Source: Thermoplasmata archaeon (GTDB taxonomy: Archaea > Thermoplasmatota > Thermoplasmata > UBA10834). From it: DNA of 64,000 nucleotides. Positions 1-8,401 of the stretch are shown one piece after another. Below the pieces are notes generated by a model. That model worked only from the letters and a program-made list of their open reading frames with translations. It was not told the DNA's origin and searched no databases. The stretch spans positions 2,858 through 66,857 of the forward strand of contig JBFFML010000003.1 of the NCBI GenBank assembly GCA_041554135.1. The letters run 5' to 3'. Position numbers and translations under genes: made by a program. Each line of letters starts with the position of its first letter. Within the stretch, counting starts at the first letter, position 1.

Positions 1-476
1 CTGATCCCCATTGCCTTCGCCTCGTCTTCGTTGGACGCGCCTATGTCTATGAACATCTTGTCCTGAGAGACCATCTTCTTCCGCTCGTCCGCCGACAGCA
101 GATGCGGAGGCTTGGCCGCGATGATTCCATTGACCAGGCCTTCTGATGTCCTGACCTTCACGCGCTGCCCAAGCAGCGCCTGATCAAACCAATCCCCCAA
201 TGGATTGAATGTGAGATACCCGAGTCTATTGATCGAGGAGATGATGAATCCTATCTCGTCGATATGTGCAGGAAGGAACACCACAGGCTTACGGGAACCT
301 CCCTTCTTTGAAAACAGCAAGGAGCCCATTTTGTCTTGGAAAATCTCATCCGAGTAGCTCCTCAAGTAGTCCCTGAGAATTACAGTCGGCTCCCTCTCGA
401 ATCCGGATGGCCCAAAGCTGTTCGACAGCTGCTCGAGAAATGCCGAGCTCTTGTCATTCAGCTTATCACCCTCTTG
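1..476 (-). CDS. M42-family (FrvX/CelM-like) aminopeptidase, partial; runs off the window start; start codon unresolved
   Basis: The minus-strand translation reads ...AFLEQLSNSFGPSGFEREPTVILRDYL...KMGSLLFSKKGGSRKPVVFLPAHIDEIGFIISSINRLGYLTFNPLGDWFDQ..., which carries the M42 motifs G-SG-E and AH(I/M)DEIGF. The frame is open back to a TAG at about 477-479. The first ATG (329) and TTG (365) both lie downstream of the conserved G-SG-E motif, so the gene uses a non-canonical start, is 5'-degraded, or carries a sequencing error. Confidence 0.5.
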
Positions 477-814
477 CTAGCGTATATGCATGAGGCAAAT
501 CAAAGTTGTCATCTGAACTGAGATCGTGTCTGATCACGCGCGGATGAATGGTTCGACATTTCCCGCTCTCGGAGGTAAGGCGGTGCGGACTCCCAGAGCG
601 CGGGCCACTTCCAGCAGAGTATAGGGGAGATCCTTAGCGATTGCCTGAATGTGAGCCAGAGCCGTCGGCCCAGTGAGCTCACGGAGGGGTAGACTGCACC
701 TTATTCACATCTGATGTGCCGTGCCCCCCATTAGCACCGACGCTCAGGGGGATTGGAGGCCAACAGGCTTATGCATCGGATAGTGCACTATGCTACCCCT
801 CGGTGGGAGTTCAC

Positions 815-1309
815 ATGAAAGGTATAGTGGCGTTCGACAGCGTGCATGGCAGCACGAAGCAGGCAGCTGAGGCGATAGCCGAGCAGATGAGATCGGAGGG
901 GCACGAGGCACAGCTGGTATTCATCAGGGAGCAGCCCGAAGGAACTCTCGAGGGCGATCTGCTGTTCGTCGGCTCACCGACCAGAGGCGGCAAGATGACC
1001 AAGGCTACAGCGAGGTTCATCTCGTCTCTTGACTCAGCGTATTGGAGGAGCAGAGAGATCGTTACATTCGACACCCTTGGTCCGTTGTCAAAGGACCCAC
1101 AGAAGCGGAGGAAGATGTTGGAGGCCATCAAAGAACCGTCCAAGACAGCATCCTCGAGGATGAAGGATTTGTTCGCTGAGCGTGGCGTTCAGGTGTCAAA
1201 GGTTATGCACTTCGCCGTAGTGGGCATGTGGGGTCCGTTGGCCCCGGACGGTCCGGAGAGAGCTAGGACAGAAACACACAGCTACCTAGCAGAACTGCAC
1301 ACGAAGTAG
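815..1309 (+). CDS. flavodoxin-family protein
   Basis: MKGIVAFDSVHGSTKQAAEAIAEQM... matches the flavodoxin N-terminal phosphate-binding loop. GGTGGGAG lies 6 nt upstream of the ATG at 815. The track ORF beginning at 716 adds a 33-aa leader that is probably not translated. Confidence 0.55.
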   Translation: MKGIVAFDSVHGSTKQAAEAIAEQMRSEGHEAQLVFIREQPEGTLEGDLLFVGSPTRGGKMTKATARFISSLDSAYWRSREIVTFDTLGPLSKDPQKRRKMLEAIKEPSKTASSRMKDLFAERGVQVSKVMHFAVVGMWGPLAPDGPERARTETHSYLAELHTK

Positions 1310-1424
1310 AGTCAGGAACTCAGTCCAGGTAGTTCGGAGCGCGATCATCAAGTGGACGCTAGCAAGGCATTGTAGGTCTTAGGAGAGCCCACTGAGGGAT
1401 GTCAGTCCAGACTCTCTTCGAGTA

Positions 1425-2366
1425 GTGGCTCCTCATAACAGATTTCAATCGTTCAATCAGCACGGGCAGCCTATGGACTATTCTCAACGATTGGCCATGA
1501 TCTCCCGGGCTTATCTCAGCAAGAATGATAGGGATGAGGTGAGATTAGCGCTCGTGAGAAGACAGATCGGACGCTTGCCGACGGGTCTGGGGTCATCCGA
1601 AGCGGCCAAGATAGCGAAGAGGCTGGGGTCGATCTCAGGCGGCAGAGTGCTGGATGTCGGCACCGGTAAGGGGGGATTCATCGACATCCTGATGAGCACC
1701 CTGAAGGATTACGAGTCCATCATAGGAATAGACAGCTGCGCCTCGAACGACTCCGTAGAGGAGGTGAGGGAGGGCTGAGCGCATTTCAGAGGAAAGCCCG
1801 TCGAACTCCTCTGTATGGATGGAGAAAGCATGGGATTTGGAGCCGGCTCGTTCGACACAGTCTGCATATCGTACGCTCTGCATCACCTCGATGATGTGGA
1901 TGCTGTGCTGACCGAGATGAGGCGTGTACTCAGGCCGGACGGTCGTTTCATCATCCAAGAGCTTTACTGCGACGGCGACAAGACGGAGGCTCAGAAGGTG
2001 GACGAACTCGAGCACGAGTGGTGTGCCATGATTGACAATCTGCTGGGGTTCACCCACAACAAGGCTTACACGAAGCAGAGGATCATGGACATGGCGAAAG
2101 GCCTGAAGGATGTCGAGGTCTTCGACTCAGACCGCCCTATGGACTGTCTATTCTGTGAGAAGAACTGGTTGTGTGAGGACCCGAAGAACCAGGCGAAATT
2201 CCACGACTTGATAAGCAGGATTGACGAGACATACGCCAGGATGAAGGACTACCCGGACCCAGTGGTCAAGAGCCGAGTCAAGGAGAAGGGTGAGATGCTT
2301 AAACAGGCAATAGCCAGGTCGTGCTCCGCTGCATCGGCATATCTATTCATAATCGGCACAAGGTAA
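1425..2366 (+). pseudogene. class I SAM-dependent methyltransferase interrupted by an in-frame TGA (1776-1778); pseudogene, split gene or recoding
   Basis: ORF 1425..1778 (motif I VLDVGTGKGG, IGID) and ORF 1815..2366 (GAGSFDTVCISYALHHLDD, RVLRPDGRFII) are in the same reading frame. Reading through the TGA gives ...VEEVREG*AHFRGKPVELLCMDGESMGFGAGSFD..., a colinear methyltransferase core. The second ORF has its own ATG at 1815. Confidence 0.55.
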
Positions 2367-2409
2367 AGGCCGCGAGGGTAGGTGGAGAATCTGGCAGGCA
2401 TGCCTCGAT

Positions 2410-2601
2410 ATGGGTACGACCGTTGAATCAGTCTCCCTACTGCTTGGTCACTCCTCAACCAGGACCACAGAGAGTCACTACTGCAGGAAGAGAGAAGACT
2501 CTGCAATCAAGGAGGTTCTCGAGATTTTCGACCCCGAGAGATCCCGAGTTGCAGAAAAACCTTTGATTGAAAACGAAAAATATATGTCTGGCTACGCATA
2601 G
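2410..2601 (+). pseudogene. tyrosine recombinase (phage-type integrase) C-terminal remnant
   Basis: MGTTVESVSLLLGHSSTRTTESHYCRK... matches the box II C-terminal signature of tyrosine recombinases (LLGHSS..TT..Y with the catalytic Tyr). No upstream catalytic core (R, K, H-x-x-R) is present. The fragment ends 4 nt from the 3' end of tRNA-Gly. Confidence 0.5.
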
Positions 2602-2604
2602 GTG

Positions 2605-2676
2605 TGCGGCTGCCGGGATTCGAACCCGGGCTTAAAGCTTGGGAAGCTTCAGTCCTAACCGCTAGACTACAGCCGC
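2605..2676 (-). tRNA. tRNA-Gly(CCC)
   Basis: The reverse complement GCGGCTGTAGTCTAGCGGTTAGGACTGAAGCTTCCCAAGCTTTAAGCCCGGGTTCGAATCCCGGCAGCCGCA folds into a full cloverleaf. It has a 7-bp acceptor stem, a GTCT/GGAC D-stem, a GAAGC/GCTTT anticodon stem with loop TTCCCAA (anticodon CCC), a CCGGG/CCCGG T-stem with TTCGAAT loop, and discriminator A. No CCA is encoded. Confidence 0.85.
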
Positions 2677-2738
2677 ATTCGTGGGAAGAATGAGCAGATT
2701 CGATTTAAACATATCCGCAAGCCTCGACTGTGAGCGTC

Positions 2739-3407
2739 TCAGTTATGTGTGCCAGCCATGTCCAGAAACGAATAACCGCCATGACTCGCGGTTCTGCCCA
2801 TCGCGACCTTCACCGGGCTGCGGAACATCGGGCCGTCCGTCACGAAGGTGTGGTACTCGCCCCCCTCGCCTGAAATGTCGATCCCTAGAGCCTCAAGCTC
2901 CTCGATTGCGACGTTGTCGAGAGTCCTGCCTAGGAATCTGCGGTCCAAAACACCATCTTTCACAGATACTATCGTGGCTTTGAAGCCAGCGGATATGAAC
3001 TCGTCGAGGAGCGTCCGTCTATCCGAACGCCATAGCGGCAACACCGCCTCGACGCCCGCTTGTCGACAGACCCTCTCGACCCATTCTCTGTGCCCTTCGA
3101 TATCTATGTCGCCGAAGACGCCCGCGGAGAACCCCTCGTCCCGCAAAGTCCCGACGACGTCGAGAAAGTTGTCTTCATAATCGTCCCATGACGTGGCCCT
3201 TGTGATCGACCGAACGCCGAGGGCCGACGCCTGAGCGCCAAGCGCGCCCGTCGACAGGCCATGCGCTCTCGATCTTCTCCCGTCCTCCGCCAGCATTGTC
3301 ACAAGGACGGACGGCTTAGTCCCGTCGACTGCCGATCTGTGGAACGCGAGGCAGGAGTCCTTTCCCCCGCTCCATGAACAGAACCGCTTTTCCTCCGCAT
3401 GCGACAA
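2739..3407 (-). CDS. PP-loop ATP pyrophosphatase, Dph6-like (diphthine-ammonia ligase / MJ0570 family)
   Basis: A TTG start gives MSHAEEKRFCSWSGGKDSCLA..., with the SGGKDS PP-loop near the N-terminus. The length (222 aa) and C-terminal EGGEYHTFV motif fit this family. Confidence 0.6.
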   Translation of the reverse strand: MSHAEEKRFCSWSGGKDSCLAFHRSAVDGTKPSVLVTMLAEDGRRSRAHGLSTGALGAQASALGVRSITRATSWDDYEDNFLDVVGTLRDEGFSAGVFGDIDIEGHREWVERVCRQAGVEAVLPLWRSDRRTLLDEFISAGFKATIVSVKDGVLDRRFLGRTLDNVAIEELEALGIDISGEGGEYHTFVTDGPMFRSPVKVAMGRTASHGGYSFLDMAGTHN

Positions 3408-3472
3408 GTCCGGTACCCCTTGGGTTAGAGCGGGAGGTACGCCTCCTCAGCCGATCATAGGAGACAATCGTC

Positions 3473-3736
3473 TCACTTGACGGTCTCGAGCTGGCTTATT
3501 ATGTTCCAGATCAGGGTCCTTCCGTGCAGCGGGATATTCGGGTCGTTCGCGAGCTCGTCGAGAATCATTATCGCGCTCGCACTTCTGATGTCCAAAGCTT
3601 CTTGATTCTGCTGGAGCCGCTCCTTAGCCTCTGTGGCGCCGCGCCTTATGTTCCTGGGAACAGACGTGTCCTCCGCCAGCTGATCGAGCACGTCCATGAT
3701 CTGCCTCAACCTCGTCTCCATATCCATGACAATCAA
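3473..3736 (-). CDS. UPF0147-family small archaeal protein
   Basis: The 87-aa protein carries ...SVPRNIRRGATEAKERL... and ...DPNIPLHGRTLIWNIISQLE..., which I recognise as the UPF0147 signature. This rests on memory of the family, not a database search. Confidence 0.5.
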   Translation of the reverse strand: MIVMDMETRLRQIMDVLDQLAEDTSVPRNIRRGATEAKERLQQNQEALDIRSASAIMILDELANDPNIPLHGRTLIWNIISQLETVK

Positions 3737-3771
3737 CCACCATTATCCTCACTCTTGAAATGCGGCCTCGA

Positions 3772-4122
3772 CTATTTTTCAGGGCTCTCCTCGTCTTCCT
3801 GCTCGCGCAACAGCTTCCCTCTCTCCTTGAACGTGGTGACGACCATGAATGTCCTGGTCTCCTTCACGCCGTTGATCTCGGCCACCTCGTCGACGATGAA
3901 CCTCTTCAACGCGGCGTAGCTCGGGAAACGCGCCTTGGCGATGATGTCGGTGTCTCCCGTGACGAGGAAGACGTCCTCGATGTTGTTGCTGTTCGCGATC
4001 TTCTCGGCTACCTCGTCCGACCCCTTCGTGTCTATCTTGAATGTCACAAGGGCAGTGACCTGGTCATCACCGTAATACGACGAGATGACCTCTTCATATT
4101 CCTTCTTGTCCTTCTCTTCCAT
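3772..4122 (-). CDS. Lrp/AsnC-type ligand-binding (RAM) domain protein without an HTH domain
   Basis: MEEKDKKEYEEVISSYYGDDQVTALVTFKIDTKGSDEVAEKIANSNNIEDVFLVTGDTDIIAKARFPSYAALKRFIVDEVAEINGVKETRTFMVV has the AsnC C-terminal RAM-domain pattern. A GGGGG run lies 7 nt upstream of the ATG at 4122. Confidence 0.5.
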   Translation of the reverse strand: MEEKDKKEYEEVISSYYGDDQVTALVTFKIDTKGSDEVAEKIANSNNIEDVFLVTGDTDIIAKARFPSYAALKRFIVDEVAEINGVKETRTFMVVTTFKERGKLLREQEDEESPEK

Positions 4123-4269
4123 GGGAACGCCCCCTGGTGTTCGGTCGTTGGCGCAGCGTTGGTTTTGGCTTTCGGCGGTCTCCCAAGTCCCATGGATGAA
4201 CAAGAGGGCTTACGTGAAAGACGGGGCGTGCGAAGCGGCGCCCGTTCCTTGTGCGAACTCAGACGCGAA

Positions 4270-4440
4270 TCAGAGCCGTGCCCCTTCGAACTCCTCTTGC
4301 AGGTCGATGATGACCTGTTCGAGTATCTCTTCGAGGCTCGTGCTTCGGTACTCGCGCATCCCGCCCAGATCGCTCTGGACTCTCGCCAGGTATGCGGCGC
4401 TGCTCTTCAGAAACTCCACGTTGCACAAGGGTTCTTCCAT
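4270..4440 (-). CDS. hypothetical small protein (56 aa)
   Basis: The ATG-to-TGA ORF MEEPLCNVEFLKSSAAYLARVQSDLGGMREYRSTSLEEILEQVIIDLQEEFEGARL has genome-typical GC3 codon usage. It falls below the track's 60-aa cutoff and I recognise no homology. Confidence 0.25.
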   Translation of the reverse strand: MEEPLCNVEFLKSSAAYLARVQSDLGGMREYRSTSLEEILEQVIIDLQEEFEGARL

Positions 4441-4762
4441 TCGTGTTCACCCCATCGGCCCTGGGTACCCACCCTGGCCATGGTATGCACGAAGCCGCGC
4501 TATGCGTCCACAGTTATTTAGACCTTTCCCACGGGCCGCTGAGGGTCCAGACTATGGTCCTCGCCATGGTATGGACGCCTCACCGACGGGTGCGTGCCCG
4601 TGGCGTCGGGGCCCCGTCGCCATCGGAGAAGTATTATATACAAATCAGCCACTGCAAACTCTCCGATGAACTCGGCTTTGACGTTCGTTATAGCCATCAT
4701 TAGCTGATTCTAGCTTGTTCATTGCCGAGTTTTTGCCCGTCCTTCTTGATGGAGTCACGGAG

Positions 4763-7700
4763 ATGGCCAAGTACTATCGGGAACCTGCCGGGGAGACCTT
4801 CCCCATGCTCGAGGAGGAGATCCTCGGCTACTGGCGTAGCCGAGGCATACCGGGGAAAGCCGTCGAGCGTATGGCGGCAGGAGAGCCGCTGGTCTTCTGC
4901 GAAGGCCCTCCGACCCCCAAGAAGAGCCCGCATATGGGCGAGGCGCTTCCCAGAGCCGTCAAGGACGCGATCCTGCGATATCACGTCATGAACGGGAGGA
5001 GGATAGTCCCGTTCAAAGCCGGATGGGATTGCCACGGCCTGCCGGTCGAGATAGAGGTCGAGAGGGCACTCGGCATCGATTCGAAGGGCGAGATCGAGGC
5101 TTTCGGGGTCGGAGAATTCAACGACATGTGCCGGGAGAGGGTCGCGAGGTTCAGGACCGAGTGGGAGCAGATGAGCCGTCGCATAGGCTATTGGCTGAAC
5201 TACGACGACGCCTATGTCACCATGTCCAACGACTACATCGAGAGCGTATGGTGGGCCGCGAAGCAGCTGCACGGCAAAGGCCTCCTGAAGCGCGAGCGGC
5301 GCGTGGCGCCATACTGCTACCGATGCGGGACGACGCTGAGCAGCCACGAGGTCGCCCTGGGGTTCAGGGAGGTCGAGGACCGGACCGTCGTCGTGCGGTT
5401 CCGGGTCGACGACCTCGACGCGGACATGCTCTCGCACACGACGAGCCCGTGGACGCTGGTCGCCAACATGTTCCTTGCGGTGAGGAGGGATTGGGACTAC
5501 GTCCTCGTGGAGCACCAAGGTGAGAGGTTCGTCCTGTCGGCGGCACACGCGAAGGCGCTGATGCCAGAGGCGCGCGAGGTGCGGCGGTTCAAGGGCGAGA
5601 CGTTGGTGGGGCGGAAATACCGCCGACTGTTCGAATTCATGGAGGATCCCGGTGACGCATTCAAGATAGTCCATTCTACCGAAGTGCCCGAGACCGAAGG
5701 CACCGGTGTCGTGCAGATATCCCCCGCCTACGCGGCGGTCGACTATGGCATAGCCGCGGATGAGGGCTCCGACATATTCGACCCGGTAGACGACTCCGGG
5801 AGATTCTCGGAGCAGGTGCCAGAGCTTCAGGGCAAGACGGCAGGGGACTCCGACGCAGAGGTCATCCGGATGATAGAGTCGGCCGGCCGGCTGTTCAGCT
5901 GGGGCCTGATCCGGCATTCGTATCCGTTCTGCTGGAGGTGCGACACGCCTCTCATATACAAGCCGAAAGAGGTCTGGACCGTGGCCGCCGCGGGCGCGCG
6001 CGACCGCATGCAGGAGCTCAACGAGGAGGTCCGATGGACGCCTGAGTCGTTCATGTACGAGCGGTTCGGCAAGTTCGTCGCTGACGCCAAGGATTGGGTC
6101 GTGAGCCGCACCAGGTACTGGGGCACTCCACTGCCCGTCTGGCGTTGCCCGTCCGGGCACGAGACATGCGTGGGCAGCGTCGACGAATTGAGAAAGCATG
6201 CGGCAGACGCGTTGCCGGATGCGTTGGACCTGCATCGTCCCGGGATCGACGACATAGTGCTCACGTGTCCCGACTGCGGAGCCCATATGAGGCGGGAGGA
6301 GTTCGTGCTCGACTGCTGGTTCGACTCCGGCTGTGCGCCGTTCGCCCAGTACCACTACCCGTTCGACAACATCGGGGAGTTCGATGACCATCGCGCGGTC
6401 GACTTCATAAGCGAGTCGGTCGACCAGACGCGAGGCTGGTTCTACACACAGCACGTCCTCTCAACACTCATGTTCGACATTCCCGCCTTCAAGTCGGTGC
6501 TAGTCATGGGTCAGGTGTTCGACGAGACGGGCAGGAAGATGGGCGCCGGCGACAACGCCGTCGATCCGAACGAGGTGTTCTCCTCGGTCGGCGCCGACGC
6601 GTCGAGGCTCTATCTCATGAGCGCGCCCGTGTGGGAGGACGTGGAGTTCTCGATGGAGAACGTCCGTAAGACAATGGTCCGCACGTTGACCACCCTGGTC
6701 AACGTGTACGCCTATTTCGCCTCGAACTCCAACAGGCTGAGCTACCGGGGGGAACGGTTGCCAAGGAAGACCCACGACCTCGATGTGTGGATCCTGTCCA
6801 GGCTTAACACCACCATCGCGGAGTCCCGACGCGCCTTCGACGCGCTCGAGGTGCACAAGGCGGTCCGTGCGCTCACGGACCTCGTGGACGACCTCAGCAA
6901 CTGGTACCTCAGGCGGTCCCGAAGACGCTTCATACACGAAGGCGATCCGGAGGACCGGTTCTCGGCCTACAGCACGCTCTGCGAATGCCTCCTGACCATG
7001 TCGAAGCTCATGGCCCCAGTCACGCCCTTCTTGGCGGAGGGGTTGTACAAGAGCATGCGTGGCAAGGAGGACAGCGTGCATTTCGAGCGCTATCCGGAGG
7101 CCGATGTGAGCGCAATCAACACGCCCCTCGAGAGCCAGATGGCGCTGGTCCGAAGCGCGGTCGAGGCTGGCCGCCTGGCTCGGCAGAAGGCTGGGCTGAA
7201 ACTCAGACAGCCGCTCGAGGAGGTGGTCATCGCGGCCGGGGAGGACGGTGTCTGGGTGCTCAGAAGGTACGAGAGGACCATAGCAGACGAGCTGAACGTC
7301 AAGCGCGTTGAGTGCATCGAGTCCAGGGAGCCGATGATTGAGTATGTCCTGGCACCGAACCTGCGCTCCCTGGGGCCGCGGCTGAAGGAGGCCGCCTCCG
7401 AGGTTGCGAAGCTGATGGAGAAGATGGACGGGAGCGAGATGGCCCGCCACCTCTCCGCCACAGGCAGGGTCCGCCTCGGGGGGTTCGACATATTCGAGGA
7501 GGACGTGGTCGTCAGTGAGAAGGAGAAGGCTGGATACTCGCATGCCTGCGTCGGAGCCGTCCACGCCTATGTCTCCACCTCGCTCAGACCGCAGCTGAAG
7601 CTGGAAGGCCTCGCAAGGGAGGTGATCCGGCGGATACAGCACATGCGGAAGGATATGGCTTTGGGCTTCGGAGAGCCGATCGTGGTGGAGTATGCCGGCC

Positions 7701-7852
7701 ACCCCGACATCGAGAAGGCGATATCTGCATACGAGGACAGGATACTGAGGGAGACCCATTCGCGGGGGCTGACCAAGAAAGCGGCGGTGGAGTCTGCGAG
7801 GAAGTGGACGATCAACAAGATGCCATTCGAGGTGTCCGTCAGGAGAGTCTGA
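4763..7852 (+). CDS. ileS: isoleucyl-tRNA synthetase
   Basis: This class I aaRS is 1030 aa from the ATG at 4763 (MAKYYREPAGETFPMLEEEILGYW...) and carries HMGEALPRAVKD (HIGH-type) and a KMSKS-like KMGAGDN. Its size and C-terminal editing and anticodon-binding regions match IleRS. GGAG lies 8 nt upstream of the ATG, and the track ORF starts at a TTG at 4715. Confidence 0.9.
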   Translation: MAKYYREPAGETFPMLEEEILGYWRSRGIPGKAVERMAAGEPLVFCEGPPTPKKSPHMGEALPRAVKDAILRYHVMNGRRIVPFKAGWDCHGLPVEIEVERALGIDSKGEIEAFGVGEFNDMCRERVARFRTEWEQMSRRIGYWLNYDDAYVTMSNDYIESVWWAAKQLHGKGLLKRERRVAPYCYRCGTTLSSHEVALGFREVEDRTVVVRFRVDDLDADMLSHTTSPWTLVANMFLAVRRDWDYVLVEHQGERFVLSAAHAKALMPEAREVRRFKGETLVGRKYRRLFEFMEDPGDAFKIVHSTEVPETEGTGVVQISPAYAAVDYGIAADEGSDIFDPVDDSGRFSEQVPELQGKTAGDSDAEVIRMIESAGRLFSWGLIRHSYPFCWRCDTPLIYKPKEVWTVAAAGARDRMQELNEEVRWTPESFMYERFGKFVADAKDWVVSRTRYWGTPLPVWRCPSGHETCVGSVDELRKHAADALPDALDLHRPGIDDIVLTCPDCGAHMRREEFVLDCWFDSGCAPFAQYHYPFDNIGEFDDHRAVDFISESVDQTRGWFYTQHVLSTLMFDIPAFKSVLVMGQVFDETGRKMGAGDNAVDPNEVFSSVGADASRLYLMSAPVWEDVEFSMENVRKTMVRTLTTLVNVYAYFASNSNRLSYRGERLPRKTHDLDVWILSRLNTTIAESRRAFDALEVHKAVRALTDLVDDLSNWYLRRSRRRFIHEGDPEDRFSAYSTLCECLLTMSKLMAPVTPFLAEGLYKSMRGKEDSVHFERYPEADVSAINTPLESQMALVRSAVEAGRLARQKAGLKLRQPLEEVVIAAGEDGVWVLRRYERTIADELNVKRVECIESREPMIEYVLAPNLRSLGPRLKEAASEVAKLMEKMDGSEMARHLSATGRVRLGGFDIFEEDVVVSEKEKAGYSHACVGAVHAYVSTSLRPQLKLEGLAREVIRRIQHMRKDMALGFGEPIVVEYAGHPDIEKAISAYEDRILRETHSRGLTKKAAVESARKWTINKMPFEVSVRRV

Positions 7853-8315
7853 CCTTCGTCCTCCTCCCCCTCATCGTCGTGTCCTTCTCCATGTAGAAAG
7901 CGTCCATGCCTCTTCCGTAGTAGTCGACGATCAGAGATTTGATGCGGTATCCGTTTGACTCGTACATCCTCACGGCCACCTTGTTGTCGACGGAGGCCTC
8001 GAGGCCGAATCTCGTGACTCCCATCTCGCGCAACTCCTCCTCGCACGTCCCGAGCAGCTCGGACCCTATCCCGCGTCCCCGATGCTCAGGTAGGACGGCC
8101 ACAGAGGCGATCCTCCCTATGCCCTGCGCCCTCGAGAACAGGCACATGGCAGCGCCCACTATGGCATCGTCCTCGATTGCGACCAACGCGAAAGCGTGGT
8201 TCCTCGAGATCAGCGACCGTACGACCTGAGAGCTGAACCGTCCGTCCGCGAAGCACCGGTCCTCCGTCAACATGATGCCCGGCAAGTCCTCCAGCGACGC
8301 CCGCCTTATTCTCAC
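7839..8315 (-). CDS. GNAT-family N-acetyltransferase (RimI-like)
   Basis: VRIRRASLEDLPGI...AIVGAAMCLFSRAQGIGRIASVAVLPEHRGRGIGSELL...YESNGY carries GNAT motifs A and B. The start is a GTG at about 8315. Confidence 0.6.
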   Translation of the reverse strand: MRIRRASLEDLPGIMLTEDRCFADGRFSSQVVRSLISRNHAFALVAIEDDAIVGAAMCLFSRAQGIGRIASVAVLPEHRGRGIGSELLGTCEEELREMGVTRFGLEASVDNKVAVRMYESNGYRIKSLIVDYYGRGMDAFYMEKDTTMRGRRTKVRLS

Positions 8316-8401
8316 AGGGCACGGTAAGGCCGCTCCGCCGTTAAGTCGATTCCTCCCCACTCCGAAGGTCTTATATCCGGTCTTTGGCTACAGCATGTGG
8401 A

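Noticed and set aside
336-521. 61-aa plus-strand ORF at the left end
   Set aside because: It is antisense to the conserved N-terminal region of the M42 peptidase (G-SG-E motif) and has no homology. It is probably not coding.
1776-1778. In-frame TGA in the methyltransferase as a selenocysteine codon
   Set aside because: There is no reason for Sec in a class I methyltransferase motif region, and I see no SECIS-like hairpin in the flanking sequence. Pseudogene, sequencing error or read-through are more likely (reported separately).
4981-7759. Multiple long ORFs antisense to or overlapping ileS (for example 6500-7759 minus, 419 aa; 5827-6264 minus)
   Set aside because: They are R/G/P/S-rich and low-complexity with no recognisable motifs. 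They lie entirely inside a clearly conserved gene on the other strand. This is typical GC-driven spurious ORFs, and the same applies to long antisense ORFs inside rpoB, rpoA', aglB, the ftsZ genes and the ribosomal genes.
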